Shown here: one piece after another, positions 1 to 12,798 of the stretch
How the letters are laid out: each line of letters starts with the position of its first letter
Position numbering within the stretch: the first letter of the stretch is position 1
NCBI GenBank assembly: GCA_973895155.1
Contig: OZ316896.1
Location: 21,334,152 to 21,398,151, forward strand
Reading direction: 5' to 3'
DNA length: 64,000 nucleotides
Source: Marsupella aquatica
Lineage: Eukaryota; Plantae; Marchantiophyta
The notes under the pieces: generated by a model
The model's input: only the letters and a program-made list of their open reading frames with translations
Told to the model about the DNA's origin: nothing
Databases searched by the model: none
Translations under genes and position numbers: made by a program

Positions 1-1045
1 CCACAATACACAAGCACACGATCCCCCCTACTCCATGGCCATATCTCCCCTTGAACGCATCATAGAAGACCTGCGCTATTGCATAGCCCCCTGCGTCGTT
101 TCCGAGATCCAGTAAGTGGGCTGGATCCACCACAGCGTAGGTGATGCCCACTATGTAACCCCATCCAACAATAATGGAGATGACCACTGACGCCACAAGG
201 CCATAGGCACCATTCCTGTCCGAGCCCTTGGTTTCCTCCGACATATGAGCTGAAGCGTCATACCCACTGATGCTGTATTGCGCCATCAGAAGCCCAACTG
301 CAAAAATGTAGGGGTAACTGTGGATACCCTGTCCATCGGCTTTGTAGAACGAAGTGAACACAAATTCAGTACTAGCTCTTTGAGTGGCAACGAGAGGTAT
401 CAAAATCATGAGGACAAAGACACCGCCGATGTTCCAGAAAACCGCCAAGGTTCCCAGATAAGCGACCCATTTGATCGACGCGCTGTTGATGAGAGCGTGT
501 ATCAGCAAAATGCCCCCATGCATTCCTACAACGACGTACTTGGACGCATAGTACCCGCCACCATTGCCTCCTCCTGTGCTGAGTAAGATTATCACTTGGA
601 TGAGTTGCGCCAAGGAGAAGTCCACACTTGTTGTGACGGCCCACTGGCCGATTAGATTGAACCAGCCAGTCATCCAGGACGCGAGGGGCCCCCATTTGGG
701 TCCGGAGAGAGCGTAGCTCCAGTAGTAGAGCCCCCCTGAGGTGGGGAAAGCGGAGCAAATTTCACCCATGGACAAGGCAACAAAACAGTTGAAGAATCCT
801 GCGAAGAGCCACCCATATATCATTGAAATGGTGCCTCCATAGGTCAGCCCAGTGTTGTAAAGAGTTGTGACTCCAGTCATTATGGAGATGATCGCGAATG
901 AAAAGGCAAAATTGGAGACTATCGAGAGATCTCTCTTAAGCTCCTGCTTGTATCCCAGCTCCTCCAGCCGCATCTGCCCTGTGTCCTTCGTAAACTCATT
1001 TGCTGAGTTTCCGGGACTCCCGTCTACTATCCTACCCCTCATCAT
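1..1045 (-). CDS. BAT1: Amino-acid permease BAT1-like (APC superfamily, GABA/bidirectional amino acid transporter); C-terminus lies beyond the window edge
   Basis: Manual minus-strand translation from ATG at 1045: MMRGRIVDGSPGNSANEFTKDTGQMRLEELGYKQELKRDLSIVSNFAFSFAIISIMTGVTTLYNTGLTYGG...SMGEICSAFPTSGGLYYWS...WMTGWFNLIGQWAVTTSVDFSLAQLIQVIILLSTGG... These are the hallmark BAT1 motifs. The frame appears open to the edge, which explains its absence from the ORF track. Confidence 0.93.
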   Translation of the reverse strand, partial: MMRGRIVDGSPGNSANEFTKDTGQMRLEELGYKQELKRDLSIVSNFAFSFAIISIMTGVTTLYNTGLTYGGTISMIYGWLFAGFFNCFVALSMGEICSAFPTSGGLYYWSYALSGPKWGPLASWMTGWFNLIGQWAVTTSVDFSLAQLIQVIILLSTGGGNGGGYYASKYVVVGMHGGILLIHALINSASIKWVAYLGTLAVFWNIGGVFVLMILIPLVATQRASTEFVFTSFYKADGQGIHSYPYIFAVGLLMAQYSISGYDASAHMSEETKGSDRNGAYGLVASVVISIIVGWGYIVGITYAVVDPAHLLDLGNDAGGYAIAQVFYDAFKGRYGHGVGGIVCLCIV

Positions 1046-2027
1046 GGTTCTAGACTGCTTGCACCTTAGAACTCTCCTGCTCGAAAATTGGATCCAATCG
1101 TGGATCCAATAGAAAGAATATCAAGCCTCCAGTGACGTATCGTGATGAATGATGCGAGGGCAAAGAGATGTCTAATGAAGTGAATAACTCGTCCCAGTGA
1201 CAGACGAACTATAATAAAAACGGCCAACACCATGCAAACAAACACCAACTGCGTTTCGAGAGTCCAGAATTGCATCAACAATGGATTTGCCTCAGACTAA
1301 AAGAGCTTTGCTCGGGCACCGTCCAAAAGCAAAGCGTTCGCACATGTTAATTCAGAGGTGAGAATGCGTGCTTCCAAGTTGATAGCAGCTCACACACCCA
1401 TGACGCTCCCCACCGTGCCTCCCTCGTTTACAGTACGAGAACAACTTTGGAACAAGCATTTTCTTTTCTTCATTCAGCCTCCTATCATTCTTGTATGCTA
1501 TGCCTCCTTCACGTTCTCCAAGGTCTGTTTGTCCGAGTCCAGAATTTCAGTTCTGTACGTAAGATGAACTCTGCAGCTCCAGCCAAATGTCCTGGTGGAC
1601 GTACTGGAATGTGCAACGAGGTTGACAATTGACATGCTATTCCATTTTTAGGACAGAAGATTGTTTGGAGATGCTGTACATACTTGGGCCCATCGAATCG
1701 GAATCCATCACCACAACCTCTGACCTCGATACTCCAAGATTCTTGGTAAAGAAGTCCTCCGGGGAAGTGGGACCTGCCATCCCATTTTAGTACAGAATGA
1801 TTGTTTTGGGGAGACTGTAGATACAGTGAACGCGTGCTAAGCCCACACTCCATAAGCATACCCTTGATTAGTGCATGCCATCTTGTTTTTCTCATTTTTT
1901 TACATAGAATAAGTGCTTTTTAAGACTTTTTCTAAGCACACACACACTGCTAAAATCATTTTTCTAAAAGACAAATTTATAAGTTCTTACCCTTGATAAG
2001 TAATTGTATGAGCTTATATGTAAAAAC

Positions 2028-2553
2028 TGCTATATGGTGAATCAACCTTTTCAGATTTTGTCTTATTCAAAGTTTGTGTAGTATATTTTTATTTCAATGT
2101 GCATTATCAATAGGCAGCTTGTGTATAGTATACATTTTTAATTAATTTATGGACCCCTTTAATTTACATTTTTATTTAATTTATGGACCCCTTTAATTTT
2201 TAGTATTCTAATTTATTTTGAACTTATTTTGGCAACCCCCTTATAAATTTTAATGTTTGTGATTTATTAGAGATAAAATGAATGGCTCCATCACTTGGAC
2301 AGTCTCATGAATGAGAAAAATATTCTTATTGTGTCTTAAATTCACTCATGTCTTTATTTCTTAAGTTTATAGTTTTTATTGAAATAAGTGTCATTCATGA
2401 GTACATTGAATTAAGTGCACACATCATAGCATCCTTGATTGTACTTTTCATTGGTCACTGTGCACCAATCTTTCTAGTTATGTTCTCATATTTTATTTAC
2501 TTTCAAATCATTACAAGACAAAAACTCAAGCATGTTCATCATCTTATATATAT
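2028..2553 (+). mobile_element. Non-autonomous element family A, copy 1 (3' end degraded)
   Basis: Begins TGCTATATGGTGAATCAACC...TTTTGTCTTATTCA. Shares internal ggacccctttaa blocks and the 3' CATTACAAGACAAAAA..AAGCATGTTC with the copies at 4041 and 19522. Confidence 0.65.
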
Positions 2554-3123
2554 AAATTCATAAACTCTTGAATTCTCATTTACAGATAAATTCATGCCCA
2601 TTCTTAGTAAAGTAAAATGCATTTAAGGGGTGTGGGCACAGAATTAGGGCAAGGATATGAGGTACAAGGCAGACTACTCACTGACGGCGGGGTCCATAGC
2701 CCATGCAGAACTGTTGCGCACTGTAACAAAGGAATCTAAATGAAGCACGCTTATCTAATAGAGTACTAGTACTTGTTAGGGGATGTAGGCTTATCAAAGC
2801 ATGTAACACCTGGTTTACTGCACACCAAATCCGTCTTCCCCATAGCATGCACTTCACGAGAGTTCACTGTACTTGGGCCCATGGAATCGGAATACATAAC
2901 CTCTGACCTCCACCGTCCAAGATTCTCGGTGAAGCCTAAAGCCATCCCAGGAAGTGGAAGTGGGACTTGGCCATCAGATCTGCCTTGAGCTGCTTCAGCA
3001 TTCATCAACCCCACAGAGTGAAATGAGAGCCTCACAAGTGACAACTTTCACTGTGCCCACAACCGGCAAGTGGGCTCTTTACGAGCGCTAAGGTCAGCCT
3101 GATTCGATTGGGTATCGTTTTCT

Positions 3124-3267
3124 CTGCGCGTTAAATCTAAATACAAGCAGAACATAAACCAATACACATGTGGTTCAAATCACTTGATTTGTAGATCACA
3201 AATATAGTGTATTGGTTTATGTTCTGGTGTACGGAGCGCATTAACTTGACGTAAATTTAACACGCGG
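3124..3267. mobile_element. Short MULE-like MITE (family B), near-palindromic, with 11-bp TSD
   Basis: Termini CTGCGCGTTAAATCT / AAATTTAACACGCGG. Inner inverted repeat CAGAACATAAACCAATACAC / GTGTATTGGTTTATGTTCTG. Flanked by identical TATCGTTTTCT at 3113-3123 and 3268-3278. Confidence 0.8.
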
Positions 3268-4040
3268 TATCGTTTTCTCATGATCTGGGCCTTCTCTCCT
3301 GCATATATGGAGCAAATAGGAAAACGTTACACCAACCTAATTAAGGATTTTTAATTTCTCACCAGTATGGAATATGGACTTCAAAGATATGTTATTTGTA
3401 CCCCTAAATTGGTGGATGTAGATTGTCTTGTGAGGTGCTAAGTGTGAGATGTACAATCATTTTGAATTAGATAATTGCACATCAAAATATGGTTTATTGT
3501 GTAGGGTATCACTCCATATCAGATAAATTTTGTTATTTTTTAAAACATCAATGAGTGCACACCATATATTATTACATTTTGATGTGATTATGTTCTTTTC
3601 CTGTCTTTTTTACCATTTTTGGTCGTGGTTGTCTGTTTTCTCTGATTTCAAAGGTCTGGACCTAGGGGCTGGAAACTTTTAGGCCCTTGCCCTTGAAACT
3701 CCACATTCAAGTATAGCAGTGAGGACTAGCTCAGAAGGGGTGTGAGACAGGAAACTCTTGCTCATTCCAAAGGTGCCACCACCCTGGGCACCACAACGAC
3801 ACCCTGGGCACCACAAAGATGCTATCTAGTTTGCCTAGATTGTCTATAATCAGATCTTCTAGATTTAAAGATGACTCTTCGATTCTAGCTAATGGGGTCT
3901 GTGGCTAAGTGTGAAACTCAAAGAAGAAGGAGAAGATGCCAGGAATTTTCTCTATCTAGTTTTTCTAGATTAATTTATGATCATCAGATATATCCCCCTA
4001 GATTTAAAGAAGAGTGTTAGATTCTGACTAGTGGGGATGC

Positions 4041-4691
4041 TGCTATATGGTGAACACACCTTTCAGATTTTTGTTCTTATTCATGTTTTCAATCATAGAT
4101 TTTTATTTCAATGTGCCTTTTGTTTGTGTATCATTTGTGTTACATAGACTACTAGAAATGAATTTTGGGACCCCTTTAAAGTTTTTGCTGTCCTAGAGGA
4201 TTTTGAGCTCATTCTGACACACTGCTTCACTTTTTAATCTTTGCTATCCTAAGCATATACTTTATCACTAATTTTAAACTTCTACCAGTTGAGACAATAA
4301 GTTTTACTTGTTCTCATGAGCTAAAGAAATGAATCTGAGAAGTGTGGACAACTAGTGTCTTAAGTTCCCCCCATGATTAGTTTCCTAAAACTTATGGTTT
4401 TGATTGAATTGATTGTAGGCAAGTAAGTATGTGTACCTTATGTGCATAACTATTCAATATCTTTATTCCATAAGACTTGTACTTTTCCTAATCATTGTGT
4501 TTATTTCTTTGCTTGTGCCCTACTTCTATGCTTGTATCACACTCATTGTTAAAAGATACTTTTTTCTTTGCATATATTATACTTATATTATTGTATTTTA
4601 TTGTAAAAAACTTAAATCTCTTACACATATCACTACAAGACAAAAAAAACAAAGCATATCCCAAACATGTTCCAGGATGACCATGCTATAT
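4041..4691 (+). mobile_element. Non-autonomous element family A, copy 2
   Basis: TGCTATAT at both ends (4041-4048 and 4684-4691). Homologous along its length to 2028-2553 and 19522-20444. Confidence 0.75.
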
Positions 4692-5404
4692 AGACAAACA
4701 GAAAGTGTAGCCAACGCCAAACGTGGCTAAAAGTTTATAGGGAGGTGGAATCTAATAGATATTCATCACTAAAAAAAGAGGTGCTTTAAACCTTTACATA
4801 GCGCATGTTGGAGCTTCTCAGCTACAGTGCATGTTAAACACTGAGGGGGTCAACGTTACAACATGTGGCTACCAAATCATGATTAGAGGCCATATTGTGA
4901 GTGCAAGCCTGGATAGATTCTGGTCAGACACGGTAAGTTTTAAGATTCTTTCCTTTTTGACCAGGGTGGCAAATGTGACCTTTTGTGCACGAGAAGATTT
5001 GAGAAGTCTATTCCTTACCTAAGTTTCCTGGATTAATTTCTGACGTAAAGATGTCCCAAGATTTGAGGACAGCCCTCAGATTTTGGCAGTGGGTTTGTGG
5101 TTAGGTGGGGGCTACTAGTAGTCTTCAAGGGGGCAAATGTTGACGGAAGACTTTTGGAATCTTTTCAGACTTGTAACACAAACCCCCTCCAAGTTTTTGC
5201 AAAAAGTGACTTATACTTTGAGGTGAGGTGGAATTTGGAATACAGGTGAGAGTTGTATCAGAACCCCTTGGATTTCACTCTTAGTCTATTTAAGCTGCAC
5301 ACCTACAGTACATTGTTCCATTTAGGTAATAAGAGAGTGACCCCAATTTTTCTAAGTGATGTAGAGTCTTTTGTGTGCTTTTGCTTTGGTGAACCCTACT
5401 TTAG

Positions 5405-5595
5405 GAAGGGGTTTGTGGATGGATATGCTTAGTAGACCCCCTTCTGGAAAAAGTTTGCTTAATCAACCCTCTTGATACTTTTCCCCAATCTGGACCATTG
5501 ATGGACCTTTCGATCTCAGATCTGGGCCGTTCATAGACCTCAGGGGGTCTATCAAGTAACAAGTTTCATTTTGGGGGTCTATCAAGCAAATACCT
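5405..5595. mobile_element. Possible small degenerate MITE
   Basis: Imperfect inverted ends TGCTTAGTAGACCCCC / GGGGGTCTATCAAGCA. No TSD recognised. Confidence 0.3.
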
Positions 5596-6039
5596 TGGGG
5601 TTTGTGCATTGAAGTTTGTCAACTTTTTAAGGTTGAACTTAGAGCCTCACTTACTGTAATAAAAAAATGCAATCTACTCTTGCCAATGACCAATGATTCA
5701 GACTTGCAAAGTCATACACCCTTGCATACACCCTCATGTCGTGTAGGAATGGTAGGGAGAAACACTGAAAGGTGGGACACAATAGAATGCTTGTCAAGTT
5801 AGGCCCAGACCATTGTTCTGAAACTGATGCTCTGATGGACCATAATGTGTAACCATGGAACTTGGATGGACCTAGTAACTTTTGATTCCCAAGAATGTGG
5901 TCATTTGTATGAACATATTAAAAGACACTTTAATTTCCAAATTTGTTTGAAACAATCCATGGGGGTTGTGATAGTCAATCCAAAACCAGACAATTAATAG
6001 TGAATAACAGGCACGGCCTTAAAGGAAAGAATGAACTCA

Positions 6040-6859
6040 AGCCCACTCCCCTGACCCACTTTTCTCAGAGCCCCGTACATTGCCCGTCCTGGTCCCCGAT
6101 GCTGCTGCCCGCTATGGCCGGAGTTTGCCAGAACATAAACCAATACTCTATCATTTTGTCATCCGCTCCGGCCCGATCAAATTTGTGCCATCAACTTCTG
6201 GTTTATGTTCTGGCACCCATCACTTGTTGTCCCCCCCCCCTCCAGCCCAAGTCCCCAATGCTGCTGCCCACTCCCCTGACTCACTCAGACAGCCCAAGTT
6301 TGCTAGAACTTAAACCAAGACTCTATCATAATCATGATTGACTCTTATCCAAAGTACTAGGCTTTGCCTTAACACTAAGACTCTATTACTAAACAGGCAT
6401 GAATTCATTGGAAAGAAGTTTCGCCTAAACATAAACCATGACTCTATAGAGAAGAAGCATCGGGCAAACCATTAACCAAGACTCTAGACTCAATCTTGAC
6501 TCTTAACCAAAGTACTAGGCTCTGCAACACTTAGACTCTATTACAAAACAAACTTGACTTCGTTGGAAAGAAGTGTTGTCAGAACATAAACCAAAACTCT
6601 ACGAGGAAGAAGTTGATGACACACAGTAGATAGGGCCGGAGCAGGCGACAACAAATGAAAGGTGCCAAAACATAAACCCAAAGTCGATGACACAAAGTTG
6701 ATTGGGCTGGAGTGGGTGACAAAATATAAGAGTCTTGATTTATGTTCTGGCAAACTCGGGCAGGAACAGGCAGCAACATCGGGGACTGGGACGGGCAGTG
6801 TACGGAGCCCCAGGAAAATGAGGGAGCATTAAGTAACTTGTTTTAGATTTAACGCGCGG
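6040..6859. mobile_element. MULE-like MITE family B, long copy (left tip eroded)
   Basis: About 200-bp imperfect TIRs (GCCCCGTACATTGCCCGTCC...GAGTTTGCCAGAACATAAAC vs TTTATGTTCTGGCAAACTC...GGACGGGCAGTGTACGGAGC). Ends AGATTTAACGCGCGG. Homologous to 34821-35731. Confidence 0.75.
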
Positions 6860-8062
6860 TAAAGAAATACTGGTGGGGATGATCAGGCAACTAGTTGTGG
6901 ACATGATCAGCTGTGGAGAAGTCATTGGGTTTATCCAGACTTATACTCAATAAGGTGTCAGCAATTCAAATTTTTTTTGTGATCCAAGCATGGGGTTTAA
7001 GCAATCTGAATCATGGATCAGAGATGGCCAGACACATTGCTTCATGGAACCACAGCAGGAAGTTAGTGCCTCCACTTTCTGGATCCTCATTGACATGTGA
7101 TGGGGCTCAGATTCTGTATATGTGGAGAGCATTTTTGTTCTAAAATTTAGACTTTATTCAAACGAGGACGGTGAAAAACACATCTGCTAAGGATCTGAAT
7201 TTAGGGAGATTTTCTATAACACAGTTTTGAAGAATGATTCTCACCATTAATTCCAGGACTGGAAGGGGAGGTTACGGGCAGGCACTCTACTTGGTTTGGT
7301 AGAAGAGAAGCAAAATGCAAAACTACCTTGCAGGCAGGAAAAAGCCCCGGTTTCTTTAATTTTGTATTTTTGTTTATATAATTCCTACTAACAACCACAC
7401 AAGCACCTATGACACACATTTCACTAGCCCAAAGCAAGGCAGAGAACCCATACTACATTGATTCAAGAGAAAGATCTGGAGTATAATTGTCTGTGCCACA
7501 ATTAAAATTGAGACCTACTCATCAGAAGTTAGTCCATAGCAAACTATTGCACAACACAGACATAGAGAACCAACGTACAGCAAGAAATTGAAACAAAGAT
7601 ATGTCCTTCACCCTGTCCAGTACTGTCCACTAAGAATCACTATGCACAATTCCAATACATCGGCAGAATGATGTAGCCTGCAATGGACTGATTGTGACAT
7701 AAGCATATTTGTGGGAAGAGTCCAAATTAGTCGGTGGCCTTCTCTTGCTGGACGTATTACTCAGAGGGCTAGTGGTTTTGCTGCTAAATTGTGGAGTCTT
7801 ACTTTCTTTCCCCTAAGGTCAAATGACTTACAATGACCTTTTTGGTAACATTGGTCAAATGTGTTTAATTTGAAGTCCCTCATGTACTTTCTCATTTTAT
7901 GTCTATGGATGGTAATGAACCAGAACTCCCCTGCAAAGCCTTGGCTGGGATGATGAGATTTTGTGCCTTGGGCTAGCCGCCTCATGGGTTATCCAATTTC
8001 ATGAACAACTTTCAGGTCAAAACTATAGCGCAAAACTACACCCAGACTTACGCTTGTTAATC

Positions 8063-8316
8063 TCTTGGGGGTGTCACTTTCACAAAAATGACATATCATG
8101 TGTGACAAGATAGGGCCATTTTATTGGTTCAAAGGGAAGATTTAAGAATTTTCTCAGAAGAACAATAAGGTCTTTTAAATCCAATTTTGAGACTTAGAAG
8201 AACATTAGGGTACTTCTAACCAAAATTTTGAAATATTTCAAGAATATTCTAAATATATAGGAGTTGAAAAAACTAATGTTTTTCTTACATTTTAGGGGGT
8301 CTAAGGCCTAAAAACG
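8063..8316 (+). repeat. Dispersed repeat; inverted copy at 15434-15678
   Basis: TCTTGGGGGTGTCACTTTCACAAAAATGAC...AATAAGGTCTTTTAAATC...AGGCCTAAAAAC matches the reverse complement of 15434-15678. Confidence 0.8.
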
Positions 8317-9929
8317 TCATCACAAGTGATGGGGAGACCTTCATATAGTGAGACCTTCGAGATTAATCCATGGCCATTTGGGGGCTATGGGTGTAACCCC
8401 CTTGGGCTCACCACCATCAAGATTAGATTGCAGAACCCCCTCAGGCCATGGTTTACCCTATATAACTCTTTTCAATAACTGCACATTAAAAAAGCAGCAG
8501 TGTGGGTGTACTATGCCATGTGGCATGCGCCTACACATTATGCGGATTTAATATACCAGGATAAACCCAATTGTTCTTGTATATGGGTGATTGCTGTTCC
8601 TTCTAAGTAACCAGGTGCAATGTAGTCTCCAGCCGTGCTTATGTGCACTTACCGCCGGACACTAGAAAATGGCCAAAATCCCATCCAATGCCTTCGTCTT
8701 ACTGAATCTGCTGTGCATAAAGTAATTGCACACAAAAATGGGTCTAATATTAGCTAAACTTGACTACTTGAAGAATCATTCAAAAGTACACTCGATGAAT
8801 GATTCGTGTTGTCATCAGGGAATATGTATGGACATAAAAGGTAAGGCAAAAAGTGTAAAAGAATACACAAAAGCCTGGATTTGAGGTTGTTGTGGGAAAT
8901 GCAGAAGTAGTACAAAATCATCATGACATCGTACAGCCACTGTTAGTCTGGTTTTGGAGTTTGTGGAAAACTTTTGTAATTTGTGAGACAATCCAACACA
9001 AAAGATGATGTCCCCCAATCACCAAGGCATGTGTATTTTGGTGGTTTACAGAATTTTCTTGTCCTGTAAAACATACTACTCGTGAATTTCAGCATTTGCA
9101 TGCTGTCCATCCCGATTGCAAAATTCCATCCTAGCATACTTGCAACCATGGGGTCCATCAATTTTCTTTTATAAAATTACGATGCATAATTGCACTAATA
9201 ACCAGGTGCATCATTAGCCAGGTTGGAAAAGACATCAAAGAGCATTATATCCACGGAGCAAAGGGAACACCTGATTTCCAAAATTGGACAAAACTTATCA
9301 AAATCAGAATCAAGCACCAAAATATACACAAATACTTCTGAGATTAGGTTTCCTGAAACCCCTAAACTAAAGAAGCCCCCAAACATACTTAGACACTTAC
9401 TTTTGAGTTTCTTCTGGGCTAAAAATATAAACCAAACACATGCATACAAAAGTAATAAGTTTGCAAATATGTCTGAGGGTGGCTTTACAAGACCTTGGGG
9501 GCACATGTGGTTTTTTTCCAGGCAAACTGTGGCCCACTCATTTTTGGAATTATAAATCCACAGCAAAAATCTTTAAAACTGAACTTTCATAAATGCAAAT
9601 TCCTTAATGAAGGAGCCAAAGCTTGCAAATGTTTGAATTACCTATGGAGGTGGTGTCAAATTCTGTGTAAACATGCACTCCACATCAGCATATACTTGGG
9701 CTTTAAGGTGATGGTACTTCACAACAGAGACATCTCTATGGAAGGAAAAAGATGCTGTACATTATGTACTCCGATTCTACAAAAGTGGAGATATCCTATC
9801 CTATATATGTTGGTGCTAGGGTTTCTAGTCAGATTCCGGTGCTTGACCCCCCATGCGTTCACCATGGAGGTCTACCAGGCTCTTCACTTTGCAGATAGGT
9901 AGGTATTGTTGACCCCCCATGCTGCTCCC

Positions 9930-10075
9930 TACTGGTAATCACACATCAAAATGCAGTAATATATAGCATGCACACACATCATCCCCATGTGGTTTCCTAT
10001 GGGTAATTACATATCAAAATGTAGTAATATACAGCATGCAGACACATCAAAATATAATAATGTACAGCTTGCACT
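9930..10075 (-). repeat. About 3 degenerate units of the satellite found at 44545-45200
   Basis: CACATCAAAATGCAGTAATATATAGCATGCACACACATC is the reverse complement of a sequence resembling the GTGTGCACACATATATTACCACATTTTGATGTG unit. One further unit lies near 3553-3590. Confidence 0.55.
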
Positions 10076-12798
10076 CATTGAAAAAAATTAAGAGGTATAT
10101 CATGGTAATGTCTTACACCTTCTATGTCATATTTTGATGGGCAATTACATGTTGTTCAGTTTACCAATAGGGAAGTGTTGTTGTTACCAATAGGGAAGTG
10201 TTGTTGTCCCTTGTTGTTTTGCATTTGCCTTTCCGTTTGGCTCTTTTATTGCCTCCCCTTGATTGGGCTTTTGGCACGGATGATCCTGTCTGGGCGCCGC
10301 TTCTTTTCTCCAGTTTGATATATTTTATCCAGAACTATCAAAATAAGGGAAGGGCCAATCAAAACGGAACATCAATTCCCTCCACAATTTGTTCACAAGG
10401 TCCACAATATTTGCGAAGGAATCGGATCCGCCGCTCCCAAGGTAAATTAATATTGGACTTCCGTCACTCCCGCCGTCACTGCTCGGGCTTCGAGTACTTC
10501 CCGGCAAATTATTAAGGTGCTTCTCTTGAATAAGATGACACCGATAGCAACCTGTAGCTGTAATCTCAAATCTCTGTCTCACTCGCTCTCCGCAATACTC
10601 TCCAGGTCGAGCCCCCCCGACTCTCCTGCTGTCTGCGCTCAAGATGAGAGTTCACAATATTCATCTTCTTCCTAAGTTCGAAACTATTTTCGAGAATGGG
10701 CAGGCTCTGAGCTCAGACTACAGTAGCCCTTCAGTCCCGAACGTCACAGATGTCTTCTTAATAGAAAGTTCCACAATGGGATCCAAAATGAAACGCTTGA
10801 GAAGCTATGGAATTGTTGGAAAAAAGAACTTCCACACAGTTATGAGGTAAAACCCGATATAGTGCGAATGGTATAACAACTTCTGCGTTTCTCAATCTAC
10901 ATGAGAAACCAGACCCAAGCATAGCTTGCGCACCTTCAGAACTAAGCAAGAGGTTAATCCATTCGGCCCTTCAAAGTTTTAGTAACTATTTGATCCGGTG
11001 TCCTGAAAGAGATGGAAGGGAGCAGTCGGAGCATGGCACAGAATTTCCACTCCCCATGAAAGCTAGAAAAGAAGAAGACAAAAACTGAACTGCTTGGCTC
11101 ATACCTGTGAGAATCAGAAACAGTACAACTAGGACTGTGCACAAGGGAGGAATTGACTACGGAAACCTGACTTAGTCGAAGATGAAACAAACACGCAAAA
11201 ACAGCATTCACGGAAGATTGCTTACATGCAGTGTGAACGATTCCCCTCATTCAACCACTTATGCAGTAACGATCTACGGATGACGGTTAGATACAGCCCC
11301 GTGCCATTTACACTACTATTTACAGGAAACGATGTACTTTGGAGGTAGCAAAATTTACCATCTCCAGCATTTACATAGCTTTATAGCCATACTCACAAGC
11401 TATACTCACAAGCTATACTCACAAGCTATACTCACAAGTTACGCTCAGACTCAGATGCTGTACCAGCAACAACAAAATCATTTGACATCTGCCTGCAGAC
11501 AACACAACCTTGGACCGTCAGCACACATGGACACGCGTAGCAAAGACTTGACAAATCTTCATATCAAGCCATCACAACATCATGCAGGAGTGGCTCTACA
11601 ACCATTGAAGAAAACGAGTGGTGTTCCTACAAAATCCATATGGTTTTAATAAATGCAGTCAAATCCCAAACATAATCCAGACCAGAAAGAAAGGCCAACG
11701 AAAATGAGGGTCTGATGAGGAAGACGCATACTTGGGCACCTATCAAATCCCTTGTGCAGATAAATGGTACCAATCTTCGCTCTTTCCAGCAATGATTGCT
11801 TCACAAAAGTATGTCCCAAACCTTTTAAGTAGCATATTTAAGGACGGTAACCAGTTAGTGTTAGGCTACTCGGTGCCTTTTCAAATATAATGCTCCAGAT
11901 GAAGAAAGAACTGCCGCCGCAATCTGTATGCATCCAGCCGTCTCGGATTTCTTCAAATATCTGAAAGACGCATCGCTTACGGCAATTCCTGATAGTAATC
12001 GCAAACAGAAAGGCCCAATTCCATGATAAAGCGCGAAAACAGCTTTAATCATTACCGATGAAAGGTTACAACACTGCAGTTGTATGACTTCATACTTACC
12101 ACCCGGAATGGAAGTCCCCTCAACTCAATTCAACTACCTCGCTCAATCAAACTTTCAAGCCTTAGTAATCACATCAACGGGGGCAAAAGGCATTCGGCTC
12201 GTAAAGCATGGCTGATACCAGGCTTGAAAAAGTCTCTGGTCGCATGTTTCGCTCCTGACGCTACTAATACAACTGGTGGCGAACCTGCGATCTTTGTTGG
12301 CTGCACTTCCACACACTCGCATCTCAGGAACCCACAATTCGAAAACAAAAGAGAAAACAAAAAGGCAACTCCGCTCTATGAAGGTGACAGTAAATCAGAT
12401 TAAAAAGCATCCAACCAAACATATGTACATATAATTTTGGCCTCTCTTTTCCTTTCTAAGGCAGTCCGTAACCATAATTCTTGGCTCTCAAGGACTGTGC
12501 AAGCCACGAAATACCCGTCCAGACCTAGTTTTGAAGCAACTGATTACGATTGTCGACATCGGTCCAGGTTGTCTACTTATGCCTTCTGCCCACTGACTGC
12601 GGGTGTAATCCCTTAGTGAGAGTTAAAACAAAATTAGGTTTATGTCAGAATATCCCAGCTACTGACAGTCAATAAACATATCTTGTTCGAAGCTACAGTA
12701 GTACCATTTACTCCAATTAATTGACAAATTTGGGTTCAAGCAAACTCTGCCCAGAAACGCTAATTATCGTCTATATATCGTGGCATCGGTGTGATCGA

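Noticed and set aside
278-1112. Track ORFs 278-586, 372-758 and 867-1112
   Set aside because: Shadow frames of the BAT1 CDS.
4631-4646. CACTACAAGACAAAAA resembling a CACTA/Spm terminus (also at 20397 and 2509)
   Set aside because: It lies inside family A about 50 bp from its end, with homology continuing on both sides and no inverted partner or 3-bp TSD seen.
10300-12420. Splice-like signals and short ORFs downstream of the orphan gene
   Set aside because: No consistent coding model or recognisable motif could be assembled.
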